From NCBI GenBank assembly GCA_963790475.1, contig CAWBOS010000006.1, forward strand, positions 576,001 through 640,000: a DNA stretch of 64,000 nucleotides, read 5' to 3'. Positions within the stretch are counted from its first letter, which is position 1. The number at the start of each line of letters is the position of its first letter. The notes beneath the pieces were generated by a model. It did not search any database. It saw only the letters and a program-made list of their open reading frames with translations, and had not been told where the DNA came from. This document shows positions 50,091 to 59,768 of the stretch, piece by piece. Position numbers and translations under genes: made by a program. The DNA comes from an uncultured delta proteobacterium. Lineage in GTDB: Bacteria; Desulfobacterota; RBG-13-43-22.

Positions 50091-50263
50091 GACCATGATC
50101 AACCTTTTGGCCTGTATTTGGGGGCATTCCTTCCGTTTGTTTTTCGGCGTCAGGGCATAACAGGAATCGCCCTGGCTGACAAGACGATCCCTTGGTCGTA
50201 AACCCCCTTTGGAGACCCATACCTGGGGTGGGTGGAACCCTCCGGCAGTTTGAAGTAATCTCT
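50091..50263 (+). repeat. Second, diverged copy of 49491-49677
   Basis: Shared blocks GACCATGATCAACCTTTTGGC, GGGGGCATTCCTTCCGTTTGTTTTTCGGCGT, ATACCTGGGGTGGG, GTTTGAAGTAATCTCT. Confidence 0.85.
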
Positions 50264-50347
50264 TACCAAGATGGTTCTTCGGAACACCTGCTCCTAACTT
50301 GTTTTCTTAAACTGGTTTCCATTATTATCCTTCGTTACTAACTCCTT

Positions 50348-50385
50348 AAAAAAAACCGGGCATACTTCTTCGGAAGTAAACCCGG
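50348..50385 (-). terminator. Intrinsic terminator within a 5' leader
   Basis: CCGGGTTTACTTC-CGAA-GAAGTATGCCCGG followed by T8. Confidence 0.7.
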
Positions 50386-50431
50386 CTCTTGGCCCTAGAT
50401 GATGGGCGGGTTAACAAAGATTTTTTATATA

Positions 50432-50459
50432 AATATAAGTCGTGATTCGATTTTGTCAA
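50432..50459 (-). promoter_or_regulatory. Putative sigma70 promoter
   Basis: TTGACA-N16-TATATT on the minus strand. Confidence 0.5.
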
Positions 50460-50558
50460 CCAACCCGGAAAAAGAGGGATATCGGGAAAAGAGGCAAATA
50501 TAGTTGAATATTATTAGAAAATTTCATAAGATGGCCATAAATTATCATAAAAAAGGGA

Positions 50559-50672
50559 AAACATCCCGAGCTGGAATCCTTTGCCAGATCTCGGGAAAGT
50601 GCTTTACTTAAAATAACCATTGAAAAATTTGTCGTCATCAGTCAATTCCAGGAAGTAGAAGACCTTCAAATG
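50559..50672 (+). pseudogene. Possible C-terminal remnant of a pyridoxamine 5'-phosphate oxidase-like protein
   Basis: KHPELESFARS..ALLKITIEKFVVISQFQEV...M with no start codon; recalled resemblance only. Confidence 0.3.
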
Positions 50673-50788
50673 TCTCAGGATTTTATAGAAAAGTTTACAG
50701 AAAGAAAAAAAATTGGTATCTTAAATTTTCCTGAAACAGGTTTAAAGAACCTTATCGTAAAAAAAGAGTAAAGAAGAGCGAAAACAAA

Positions 50789-51625
50789 ATGTCGTCTGAA
50801 AATATAAAAATTGTTGGGATACGGTTTCAAAATTCCGGCTCGATCTATGATTTTGACTGCGGCCACTTTGTATTGAATTACGGAGACCTGGTCATTGTTA
50901 AGACCGAACAGGGTACGGGTTTGGGAAAGGTCGTCCGAGGCCCCCGAAAGGTTGACCGGGTCCCCGAAGGGAAAGAAATTAAAAAAATATTCCGCATGGC
51001 CAACGAAGCCGATTTGGAACTGCACCGAAAGTTCCAGGAAAAGGAGAAGGAAGCCTTTGCCTATTGTTCGGATCGAATTCGGGAAAGAAATCTGGTCATG
51101 AAATTGGTGAAAGTTGAATGTTTTTTTGACGGAAGTAAGATCGTCTTTTTTTTCACGGCGGAAGGGCGGATCGACTTTCGGGAGCTGGTTAAAGACCTGG
51201 TCCATCGCTTTCATACCCGAATTGAAATGCGCCAGATCGGGGTCAGAAATGAAGCTAAAATGCTGGGAGGCCTGGGACACTGCGGCCGGGAGGTTTGTTG
51301 TTCCAACTTTCTTCCTGATTTTGCCACGGTTTCCGTCAAGATGGCCAAGGAACAAAATCTGCCTTTAAACCCAGTAAAAATTTCAGGTCTCTGCGGCCGG
51401 TTGATGTGCTGTCTGACCTATGAGTTTGACACTTACCAGGAATTAAAAAAAGACTTTCCCAGGTGCGGAAAGACTATTACGAGTCCCCTGGGTCCGGTTA
51501 AGGTCTTAAGGCAAAATATTCTGGAAGGGACTGTAGTGGTTGAAACCCAGGACCGGGAAGAGAAATGCCTCAAGGTGAGTGAATTATCCTTAGAGCCGGG
51601 GGAGCTAAAAAAAGAAAAGGAATAG
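50789..51625 (+). CDS. PSP1-domain protein (RicT/YaaT)
   Basis: RIDFRELVKDL, GHCGREVCC, KISGLCGRLMCCL.YE. Confidence 0.9.
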   Translation: MSSENIKIVGIRFQNSGSIYDFDCGHFVLNYGDLVIVKTEQGTGLGKVVRGPRKVDRVPEGKEIKKIFRMANEADLELHRKFQEKEKEAFAYCSDRIRERNLVMKLVKVECFFDGSKIVFFFTAEGRIDFRELVKDLVHRFHTRIEMRQIGVRNEAKMLGGLGHCGREVCCSNFLPDFATVSVKMAKEQNLPLNPVKISGLCGRLMCCLTYEFDTYQELKKDFPRCGKTITSPLGPVKVLRQNILEGTVVVETQDREEKCLKVSELSLEPGELKKEKE

Positions 51626-51632
51626 AGCCATT

Positions 51633-53546
51633 TTGGAAAAAACGTTTTATGTGACCACCCCAATTTATTACGTCAACGCCGAACCGCACATCGGGCATGC
51701 CTACAGCACCATTGTGGCCGACACCTTGAAACGGGTTTATCAATGTCTGGGATATTCCACCCGTTTTCAGACCGGAACCGATGAACATGGAGAGAAGGTG
51801 GTCCAGGCCGCTCAAAAAGAGGGGCTGCAGCCGAAACCGTATGCCGATCGAATCAGCGGGCTTTTTCGCCAAACCTGGCCTGAATTAGATATTCATCCCG
51901 ACCGATTTATCAGGACCACCGACGCCGATCATATCCGGGTGGTGACCCATCTTTTAAACAAGGTTTATGAAAGCGGGGATATTTATTTCAGCGAATATGA
52001 GGGCCTATACTGTGTGGGTTGTGAACGTTTTTATACCGACCGGGAGCTGGTGGAGGACTTATGTCCGGACCATCAAACCAGGCCCACCCTGGTCAAGGAG
52101 GCCAATTATTTTTTTCGAATGAGCGCCTATCAGGACTGGCTGATCGATCATATCAAAAAGAATCCTGATTTTATCCGACCGGAACGGTATCGGAATGAGG
52201 CCCTTTCATTTTTGAACGAGCCCCTCGAAGACCTGTGCATTTCCCGACCCAAATCGCGGCTGACCTGGGGGATCCCCCTGCCTTTTGATGCCGATTATGT
52301 AACCTATGTCTGGTTTGATGCCCTGATCAATTACCTCTCCGGTCTTGATTATCCGGATGGGAGCCTGTTTCCCCGATTCTGGCCGTCCGTTCAGCATATC
52401 ATTGCCAAGGACATATTGAAACCCCACGGAATTTATTGGCCCACCATTCTCAAGGCCGCCGGGGTTGAACCCTATCAGCACTTGAATGTTCACGGTTATT
52501 GGAACATTGACCAAGCCAAGATCTCCAAGTCCCTGGGTAATGTTATCCGACCCAAAGATTTAACCGACCGCTTCGGAACCGACGCGGTTCGATATTTTTT
52601 CATGAGGGAAATGGTTTTCGGTTTGGATGCCCATTTCAGTGAAGAGGCCATGATCCAGCGGATCAATGCCGATCTGGCCAACAACCTCGGGAATTGTTTC
52701 AGCCGCAGCCTGACCATGATTGAAAAATATTGCGGCGGGACGGTCCCCGAAGCAGAAGAAGCTGGGCCGGCCGAAGAAGAGCTGAAGAATCTCACCCAAC
52801 AAGTGGGGGAAATAGTCGAACTGGAAACTCAAAGACTTGCTTTCCATAAGGCTTTGATGGCCCTTTGGGAATTAAGTGATGAAATCAATAAATATATCGA
52901 CACCCAGGCCCCTTGGGTATTGGCCAAAGACCCGGGGAAAAAGCCGAGGCTGATGACTGTCTTGTATACCCTGGCCGAAACTCTGCGGCAGATTGCCCTG
53001 CTCCTTTTCCCCTTTATGCCTCGAACCTCAATCCAGATGAGACAGCAATTAGGTTTGGGGATAAAGGAAGATGCCCCTATCTGGGCCGAGGCAATGATCT
53101 GGGGAGGGTTTCCTGCCGGAACTCCGATTCAAAAAGGCCAGGCCCTTTTCCCTCGTATAGAAAAGGAGAAACACAAACCGGAATCAACTTCCCCAAGCCA
53201 AAAAACAGCGGGGGTTTTAAACCCGGTGACTCTATCTTTTGAAGAATTCCAAAAATGGGATTTACGGGTGGCCAGAATTCTCACTGCCGAAAGGGTGCCC
53301 AAATCGAAGAAGCTTATAAAACTGGAAGTGGATCTTGGTGAAAAAAGGACTTTAGTTGCCGGTATCGGGCAGGATTACAATCCGGAAGATTTGCCGGGCA
53401 AGCAAATCGTCGTAGTGGCCAACCTGGAACCAACCAGGCTCATGGGAGTGGAATCCCGAGCCATGCTCCTGGCGGCCCGGGATGAAAAGGGGTTAAAGCT
53501 GATCGTGCCCGAAGGGAAAATACTCCCAGGGACCAGAGTTAAATAA
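51633..53546 (+). CDS. metG: Methionine-tRNA ligase
   Basis: HIGH, YVWFDAL, KISKS, C-terminal tRNA-binding OB domain; TTG start. Confidence 0.96.
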   Translation: MEKTFYVTTPIYYVNAEPHIGHAYSTIVADTLKRVYQCLGYSTRFQTGTDEHGEKVVQAAQKEGLQPKPYADRISGLFRQTWPELDIHPDRFIRTTDADHIRVVTHLLNKVYESGDIYFSEYEGLYCVGCERFYTDRELVEDLCPDHQTRPTLVKEANYFFRMSAYQDWLIDHIKKNPDFIRPERYRNEALSFLNEPLEDLCISRPKSRLTWGIPLPFDADYVTYVWFDALINYLSGLDYPDGSLFPRFWPSVQHIIAKDILKPHGIYWPTILKAAGVEPYQHLNVHGYWNIDQAKISKSLGNVIRPKDLTDRFGTDAVRYFFMREMVFGLDAHFSEEAMIQRINADLANNLGNCFSRSLTMIEKYCGGTVPEAEEAGPAEEELKNLTQQVGEIVELETQRLAFHKALMALWELSDEINKYIDTQAPWVLAKDPGKKPRLMTVLYTLAETLRQIALLLFPFMPRTSIQMRQQLGLGIKEDAPIWAEAMIWGGFPAGTPIQKGQALFPRIEKEKHKPESTSPSQKTAGVLNPVTLSFEEFQKWDLRVARILTAERVPKSKKLIKLEVDLGEKRTLVAGIGQDYNPEDLPGKQIVVVANLEPTRLMGVESRAMLLAARDEKGLKLIVPEGKILPGTRVK

Positions 53547-53682
53547 GAGACCTTTGAAAAATGCCCACTTTGCCCAATCTCTGTGTCAGGCTCAAATTTC
53601 AATCCTCGAAATATTAAATATATTCCTGCGCTAGAAATTTTCGCCTTCCTTGACCTTGACCAAAATTAAACATTTTTTCAAG
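53547..53682. mobile_element. MITE-like element, right end truncated
   Basis: Starts GAGACCTTTGAAAAA immediately after the metG TAA; ends ATTAAACATTTTTTCAAG. Confidence 0.6.
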
Positions 53683-54060
53683 AAAAAATAGCGAAGATCG
53701 GCATTAAAAACTATGTTGGGGTTCAAGGGGAGTCCAGTCCGGCTCCCGGATGAAATCCCGGCGTATAGGCGGTGCTGCTTCCCGCGCTGTCTTCAATCTT
53801 GGAGTAATACCAAGCCACACCGCCAAGAACATATGGAGAAAAACTTGCCCCGGGCATCAAATAGAAAAGGGCTGAGACCTGCAGTGGATAACTGGTGATC
53901 TTTCGGTTGTTCGGATAAGATTCACTTGGTCGATAGTCCAAGGTCCCTTCCAGGGACATTGCCGGGAAGAGCTTCCATCGAACCTGCGCCCCTCCATACA
54001 GGATCATACTATCGGCATCGTTAGATTTGTAGAGGCCTCCCCGCACCCCCCGTCCGAATT
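53680..54060 (-). pseudogene. Outer-membrane beta-barrel protein remnant
   Basis: SPYVLGGVAWYY, GFHPGAGLD, frameshift to LNPNIVFNADLRYFF; no signal peptide; cut at the MITE. Confidence 0.65.
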
Positions 54061-54212
54061 TCCCGCTGTCGGCCTATCCTGTTCGCCAAATAAACGAAGG
54101 ATTCTTGTGATCGATTTTCAATGATGACGGAAAAATTAGTTTTCGAGAGGCAGGGAATAGGCGCCATCGTCCGAATTGATTATTTGTTTGAGCGATGATA
54201 AGGTAAGTCATT

Positions 54213-55436
54213 ATGGATTTGAACGAATGGGAAGAGAAAATATCCCTATGTGTTAAATGCGGTAGTTGTCTGTCTGTTTGTCCTGTTTATCTGGAAACGG
54301 GAAAGGAAACCTTAGTGGCTCGCGGTAAATTGGCCCTCCTTTCCGGATATTTCTCTGACTCCTTGCCGGCCGATAAAAGGATATTTGAATTGTTAAGCAA
54401 CTGTCTGCTCTGCGGGGCCTGCTCTGAAAATTGCCCCAGTGGAGTGATGGCTCATGACCTGATTCAACAAGGCCGGAGTTTATTGATCGAAAAGGTAGGC
54501 GCGGCCAAATGGAAAAGAATACTGGCCAGGGAAATTTTACCCTTTCCGGATCGTCTCAAAATCCTTCGGAAAGGACAGAATCTGTTGTTCAAAAAAGTCC
54601 CGGAGGAAAGAGGGTTAAAACTGCGATTTTCTTCCCACCCGAAGACCTGGCCGGTGCTGGCCCATCCATTTCTCCTGGATCGAAGGCCCCTCCCGATCCA
54701 TCCAGGTCCGGTCTCATCGTTTAATATTGGCTATTTTGTAGGTTGTACAACCAACTACCTTTACCCGGAAATTGGAGAGGCTGCTTTGAAACTCATCAGC
54801 CCCATGGGTAAGGCGAACCTTCCGGCGGGCCAAACCTGTTGCGGACTTCCTGCTTTCAGTCTGGGGGATATCAAAACGGCCAGGGACCTGGCCCGAAAAA
54901 ATGTCCTGGCCTTCAGCGAGGGTCACCTGGATGTTGTTGTAGCGGCCTGTTCTTCCTGTGCCGCTCATATCAAGCTGGTTTATCCTCAGTTGCTGGCCGA
55001 TGATGCGGTCCTGATGCCTAAAGTCCAAGACTTTGTTCAAAAAGTAGAGGAGTTAAGTCAATTTCTTGTTAAGCAAGATGTCAGCCTCATTCCTCCCTCT
55101 GCGACGGAGCCGCAAACCGTTGCCTTCCATGACCCCTGTCACGCCAAAAGGAAGCTTAAAATAACCAATGAGCCCCGAAAGCTTTTAAGTTCCATTCCCG
55201 GGTTGTCTCTGGTGGAACTGGAAGGCAACCGTTGCTGCGGCCACGGGGGGTTATTCAATCTCAGTCATCCGGACCTTTCCCAAAAGATCCTGGAGCATCC
55301 CTTAACCGATCTGGACCGGTCCAGGGCGGAGGTGATCACCACTTCCTGCATGGCCTGTTTAATGCAGTTTAAATTAGGGGTTCAGCGGACCGGGAGGAGG
55401 GTCAGGGTCAAGCACTGGGTGGAGTTGATGGTTTAA
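54213..55436 (+). CDS. GlcF-like Fe-S protein (2x4Fe-4S + CCG domains)
   Basis: CVKCGSCLSVCP, CLLCGACSENCP, TCCG, HDPCH, RCCG. Confidence 0.88.
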   Translation: MDLNEWEEKISLCVKCGSCLSVCPVYLETGKETLVARGKLALLSGYFSDSLPADKRIFELLSNCLLCGACSENCPSGVMAHDLIQQGRSLLIEKVGAAKWKRILAREILPFPDRLKILRKGQNLLFKKVPEERGLKLRFSSHPKTWPVLAHPFLLDRRPLPIHPGPVSSFNIGYFVGCTTNYLYPEIGEAALKLISPMGKANLPAGQTCCGLPAFSLGDIKTARDLARKNVLAFSEGHLDVVVAACSSCAAHIKLVYPQLLADDAVLMPKVQDFVQKVEELSQFLVKQDVSLIPPSATEPQTVAFHDPCHAKRKLKITNEPRKLLSSIPGLSLVELEGNRCCGHGGLFNLSHPDLSQKILEHPLTDLDRSRAEVITTSCMACLMQFKLGVQRTGRRVRVKHWVELMV

Positions 55437-55602
55437 TCTAAAAGTTTTTGGTTACGAGTTGCCTGTTGCGGGTTATGGTTTTCTGGAAAAAATATTTTGC
55501 TTTTTAATCTAATTACCCACAACCGTCCCGGTGTTTATGTTTGGGATAAATTTTCGGATTATCGAGCATAAAAAAAATCTAAAAAGTTAGAGGTGATGCT
55601 TC

Positions 55603-56721
55603 ATGTCTGCTAAGCAAGTTTCACGTGTAATTATTGAAGAAGTTGGTACTAATCTCAGAGATGCGGTCGAAAAGATTATGATGACCCTTGCGCCTCGAAC
55701 CTTCGCCGGGGCTAAGGTCCTTATTAAACCCAATATGGTGGGGCCATCGGTTCCGGAGCTGGGCCATACGACCCATCCGGAACTGGTACGGGAGGTGGTC
55801 CGTTCCTGCCTTGATCGGAATGGAAAGGTATCGGTCGGCGACAACCCCGGAGGCATTAACCGCAGCTCCCGCAATGTGGCCAGGATTACCGGCATCCTGG
55901 AGGCCTCGGAAGGATGTTTTTCCCCCCTGTCGAACGGGGTAGTGGAAAAGACCGGTAAAGAGACTGGATTTCAATTGATCATTTCCAGGGCCATCCTTGA
56001 GGCCGACTATATAATCAGTTTGCCTGTTTTTAAAACCCATTCGGGGATGATGATCTCCGGGGCTTTAAAAAACGTATATGGCTATGTGGCCGGGGCCTGT
56101 AAGGCCCGACTGCATGTGCAGGCCCGGGATGCGGTAACCTTTGCCAAAACCCTGTGTGATGTTTTTCAGGTGCGGCCACCGGATCTGCATATCCTGGATG
56201 CCATCACGGCTATTGAAGGCAACGGTCCCTGTCACGGCGGACAGCTGCGGGAAGTGGGAAAACTCCTGGCCTCTACGGATGCGCTGGCCCTGGATGCCGT
56301 CATGGCCCGTATGATGGGGGTGGACCCGGCCCTGTTGCCCGTGCAGAAAGAAGCGTTGGCCCGTGGATTGGGTGTCTTGCAGGAGGATAAAATAGAAATT
56401 GTCGGGGAGATGGTACCCATCCCCGATTTCAAGATGCCGGTGACCTTTTATGCCTCCCGCTTGGATGAGAAGGCGCGGGCTGAATTTAGAAGGCTGTATC
56501 CGTCCCGAATGATGGAGACCCGAATCGAAATAAAGCCGGAAAGAAATGAGGAAAAATGCGTTTTATGCGGTGATTGTGCCCTCAACTGTCCGGCAGAGGC
56601 CATGACCCTGGAACCGGAATTTCAGATCAGCGATGCCTGTATCGCCTGTTATTGTTGTGTCGAGCTGTGTCCTGAGGGGGCCATGGAGGTTCCGGATGTC
56701 GAGGTCTTTCGACATTATTAA
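55603..56721 (+). CDS. DUF362 + 4Fe-4S dicluster protein
   Basis: LIKPN, TTHPE, KTH, LKN, EGNGP; CVLCGDCALNCP, CIACYCCVELCP. Confidence 0.88.
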   Translation: MSAKQVSRVIIEEVGTNLRDAVEKIMMTLAPRTFAGAKVLIKPNMVGPSVPELGHTTHPELVREVVRSCLDRNGKVSVGDNPGGINRSSRNVARITGILEASEGCFSPLSNGVVEKTGKETGFQLIISRAILEADYIISLPVFKTHSGMMISGALKNVYGYVAGACKARLHVQARDAVTFAKTLCDVFQVRPPDLHILDAITAIEGNGPCHGGQLREVGKLLASTDALALDAVMARMMGVDPALLPVQKEALARGLGVLQEDKIEIVGEMVPIPDFKMPVTFYASRLDEKARAEFRRLYPSRMMETRIEIKPERNEEKCVLCGDCALNCPAEAMTLEPEFQISDACIACYCCVELCPEGAMEVPDVEVFRHY

Positions 56722-56758
56722 CCGATAACTAAAGGCAGAACAGAAGATTAGAGAGGCT

Positions 56759-56888
56759 ATGGAGAAGTTCGGATCAAACCGGTGACGTGCTCAAGGATGA
56801 AGAAGGGACGCAGACCATGTCTCATCTCGGGAAAAACATGGTCTGGTTACTGAAGAAACATGGACGAGGTCTTCTAATACCTGAGTAA
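56759..56888 (+). pseudogene. Internally deleted flavodoxin-family (iron-sulfur flavoprotein) remnant
   Basis: GAGG-ATG followed out of frame by GDVLKDEEGTQTMSHLGKNMVWLLKK. Confidence 0.6.
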
Positions 56889-57064
56889 GGATAGGGTGGG
56901 ACTTGAAATATAAAGAAATGCCCAACAATGTTCCCCTTCAATATTCTGTGCCCAACTCTTTCTACAAAGGTTGAACAATGATGGAACAGAAAACGGATGA
57001 ATACCGTTTGCTATATTGTTTGATTCAAATTGGATATTAGAAGACTTCAGGAAGCTACTTGCGT

Positions 57065-57499
57065 TCAACCGACCAAAGGGTTTCGGACCGTTAGTTCGGG
57101 AAAGCGGCTGAAATCCCTGTCGGCTGACCACAACTCACTTACCCCGTGGTGCTGACACAAGGCCGCTATTCGGGCATCGTGGATGAGAGGTCCGGAAACC
57201 TTTCCGGTCAGAATGGTGGACCGAAGCTGCGGCCAATAGTCGGCTGATTCTGAGATTAAAACCAGACTCGGGGATTCAAGCCAGGCTTCCACTTGGGCAA
57301 TGGCCTTTTCCAGAGGTGTCGGCGGATTAAAGATTCGAGGATGGGTCACGATAGAAAGGAATTCATGGAGGCATGGCCAGGGGATCGTCCAGGGGGTACG
57401 ACCTTCGGCCAGTTCAGCTATGCGGGTATAAGACGCCTCATGCCAGAGCGAATCTTCACGATGGGCGTAAACTAACAGGTTGGTGTCAATGGCGATCAA
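57065..57499 (-). CDS. vapC: VapC PIN-domain toxin
   Basis: IDTNLLVYAH, HEFL..VTHP, HDARIAA, SADRDF. Confidence 0.9.
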   Translation of the reverse strand: MIAIDTNLLVYAHREDSLWHEASYTRIAELAEGRTPWTIPWPCLHEFLSIVTHPRIFNPPTPLEKAIAQVEAWLESPSLVLISESADYWPQLRSTILTGKVSGPLIHDARIAALCQHHGVSELWSADRDFSRFPELTVRNPLVG

Positions 57500-57741
57500 C
57501 CGCCCCGTCCTTCATAGCTTTTTTCGCGGATTTGTTCCCAGGATGCCTCCTTAAGGTCGGGGTGCAAGCCCTGGCCTTTGAAAGTGGCTTTCCGGAGACG
57601 GAAGCGGTTACGTCGTTTCCGCTCCGATATGATCCGCCGAAGCCCTTCTTGAATAAGGGCTTTCATCGTGGTCTGTTCCCGGTGGGCCAAGGCGCGCACC
57701 TCTTCAAAAAGGCTGTCTGGTATCTGTACGGTTGTTTTCAT
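57496..57741 (-). CDS. VapB-type RHH antitoxin
   Basis: MKTTVQIPDSL...LIQEGLR; upstream CCATAT-N6-ATATGG palindrome (57750-57767); alternative start at 57753. Confidence 0.85.
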   Translation of the reverse strand: MKTTVQIPDSLFEEVRALAHREQTTMKALIQEGLRRIISERKRRNRFRLRKATFKGQGLHPDLKEASWEQIREKSYEGRGG

Positions 57742-57828
57742 ATGGTTAGCCATATCATAAAATATGGTAATATATCAAGCGATAGCGGACGCCCTTCCCA
57801 TTTACATTTTTAAAAGAAGATACTCTCC

Positions 57829-59055
57829 CTACTCATACCTCAAGGCATCAATGGGATTCAGGCGGGAGGCCTTGTGGGCCGGGTAATAGCCGAAGAAAAT
57901 TCCCACAGCGGCGGCAAAGAAAAAAGAGATAAGTAGTGCCAAGACAGAGATCACCACATTCCATCCCGTGAATTTTGAAGTCAGCTCGGCTCCCAGCACA
58001 CCAAGCCCGATCCCGATCAGCCCACCTACCAGGCTTAGGACTACAGATTCAGTTAAGAATTGAAAGAGGATATCGATTCCGCGGGCGCCGACAGCCATGC
58101 GGATGCCGATTTCCCTGGTCCGTTCGGTGACCGAAACCAGCATGATATTCATAATGCCTATTCCCCCGACCAGTAAGGAAACCAAAGCAATAGAACCCAA
58201 AAGCAGAGACATGACCTTGGCCGACTGCTCAGCCGTGGCCATGATTTCGGTCAGGTTCCTAACCGTAAAATCGGGGAGTTGACCGGCCTGCGGCCTATGC
58301 CGCTGGGTTAAAAGGTCATTGACCTGTTTTTCGGCCGCGGCCATCTGGCTTAGATCGTTGGCCTGAGCCATGATCATCCGGACCCGGTTGGGAAGTTGGC
58401 TTCCAAAGACCCTTTTTTGGGCGGTGCTCAAAGGAATATAAATAACATCGTCCTGGTCTGTCCCATAGGAAGATTGCCCTTTTTCAGAAAGGACACCTAT
58501 GACGGTAAAAGGTATTTTTTTGACGCGTATAATCTGCCCCAGAGGGTCATCCGATCCGAAGAGGTTTTCGACAATAGACTGGCCGATTATGGCCACCTTT
58601 ACCGCCCCGGACGTTTCCTGATCAGAAAAATTTCGTCCCTTGGCCAAAGGCCATTCCCGGATATCAAAATAGGATGGAAGGGTTCCGGTCACAGTGGTAT
58701 TCCAGTTTTGGTTTCCGTAAACGATCTGGGTCACCCCGCCCCAGAAAGGGGCGACGGTCTTGATGGCCGGGCATTCCTCTTTGATGGCTTTGGCATCATC
58801 GGAGGTCAGGGAAGAGGCGCTGCCTCCCCCCATCCGGGCCCCACCGGCCGTGGTCGCCCCGGGAACGATCATTAAAAGATTGGAACCCATGCTGGCAATC
58901 TGCTGGGCGATCATTTCCCTGGCCCCGGCCCCGATGGCAACCATGACAATAACCGCCCCGACGCCGATAATGATCCCCAACATGGTCAGGAAGGAGCGCA
59001 TCTTATTGATCTGCAGGGCCCGCAGGGCCACTTTGAGAGAGGAGATAGGTTTCAT
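57829..59055 (-). CDS. MacB-like ABC permease
   Basis: RSFLTMLGIIIG, GGIGIMNIMLVSVTERTREIG, PIDALRYE. Confidence 0.93.
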   Translation of the reverse strand: MKPISSLKVALRALQINKMRSFLTMLGIIIGVGAVIVMVAIGAGAREMIAQQIASMGSNLLMIVPGATTAGGARMGGGSASSLTSDDAKAIKEECPAIKTVAPFWGGVTQIVYGNQNWNTTVTGTLPSYFDIREWPLAKGRNFSDQETSGAVKVAIIGQSIVENLFGSDDPLGQIIRVKKIPFTVIGVLSEKGQSSYGTDQDDVIYIPLSTAQKRVFGSQLPNRVRMIMAQANDLSQMAAAEKQVNDLLTQRHRPQAGQLPDFTVRNLTEIMATAEQSAKVMSLLLGSIALVSLLVGGIGIMNIMLVSVTERTREIGIRMAVGARGIDILFQFLTESVVLSLVGGLIGIGLGVLGAELTSKFTGWNVVISVLALLISFFFAAAVGIFFGYYPAHKASRLNPIDALRYE

Positions 59056-59762
59056 GTTTGGTCTGTCTTCCTGGGTTGTTGTTGCCGATCCTGCAAAACC
59101 ACCCCGTCCTTAAATAGGATGATTCGACGGGTGAAGGTGGAAATATCCGGTTCATGGGTGACCAGGATAATAGTGATTTTCTGCTCTTCATTGAGTTGGG
59201 TCAACAGCTGCATGATCTCCAGACTGGTCCTGGTATCCAAATTCCCGGTAGGTTCATCGGCCAGGAGGATGGAGGGGTGATTGACCAGGGCCCGGGCAAT
59301 GGCCACCCTCTGCTGCTGACCCCCGGAAAGTTGATTGGGGTGATGGTCCTCTCGCCCGGAAAGCCCTACAGAGGCCAGGGCTTCCATGGCCAGGTGGTGG
59401 CGTTCCCGGGCAGGGGTGGCGCCGTAAATCAAGGGGAGTTCCACGTTTTCCAGGGCCGAGGTGCGGGCCAGAAGATTGAACCCCTGAAAGACAAAGCCGA
59501 TTTTTTGATTGCGCAAATGGGCCAATTCATCCCGGTTCATGGATCCGATTTCATTCCCGCTCAGGAAATAGGAGCCTCGGGTGGGGACATCCAGACAGCC
59601 CAGGATATTCATGAAGGTTGATTTCCCGGATCCGGAAGATCCCATAATGGAAACAAATTCCCCGACCTCAATGGAAAGGGATACCCCGTTTAAGGCTGGA
59701 ATTTCCATATCACCAACCGCATATATCTTGAACAGGTCTTTGACTTGGATCAGGGTTTCCAT
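59052..59762 (-). CDS. ABC transporter ATP-binding protein (MacB/LolD type)
   Basis: GSSGSGKS, LSGGQQQ, DEPTGNLD. Confidence 0.95.
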   Translation of the reverse strand: METLIQVKDLFKIYAVGDMEIPALNGVSLSIEVGEFVSIMGSSGSGKSTFMNILGCLDVPTRGSYFLSGNEIGSMNRDELAHLRNQKIGFVFQGFNLLARTSALENVELPLIYGATPARERHHLAMEALASVGLSGREDHHPNQLSGGQQQRVAIARALVNHPSILLADEPTGNLDTRTSLEIMQLLTQLNEEQKITIILVTHEPDISTFTRRIILFKDGVVLQDRQQQPRKTDQT

Positions 59763-59768
59763 GGCCGG

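Noticed and set aside
49491-50263. Direct repeats as a CRISPR array or 6S RNA pair
   Set aside because: Only two long diverged copies, no repeat-spacer periodicity, no cas genes, no long end-to-end pairing
50675-51355. 226-aa minus-strand ORF
   Set aside because: Antisense to the PSP1 gene
55451-55477. Degenerate heptamer run GTTACGA GTTGCCT GTTGCGG
   Set aside because: Too short and degenerate to interpret
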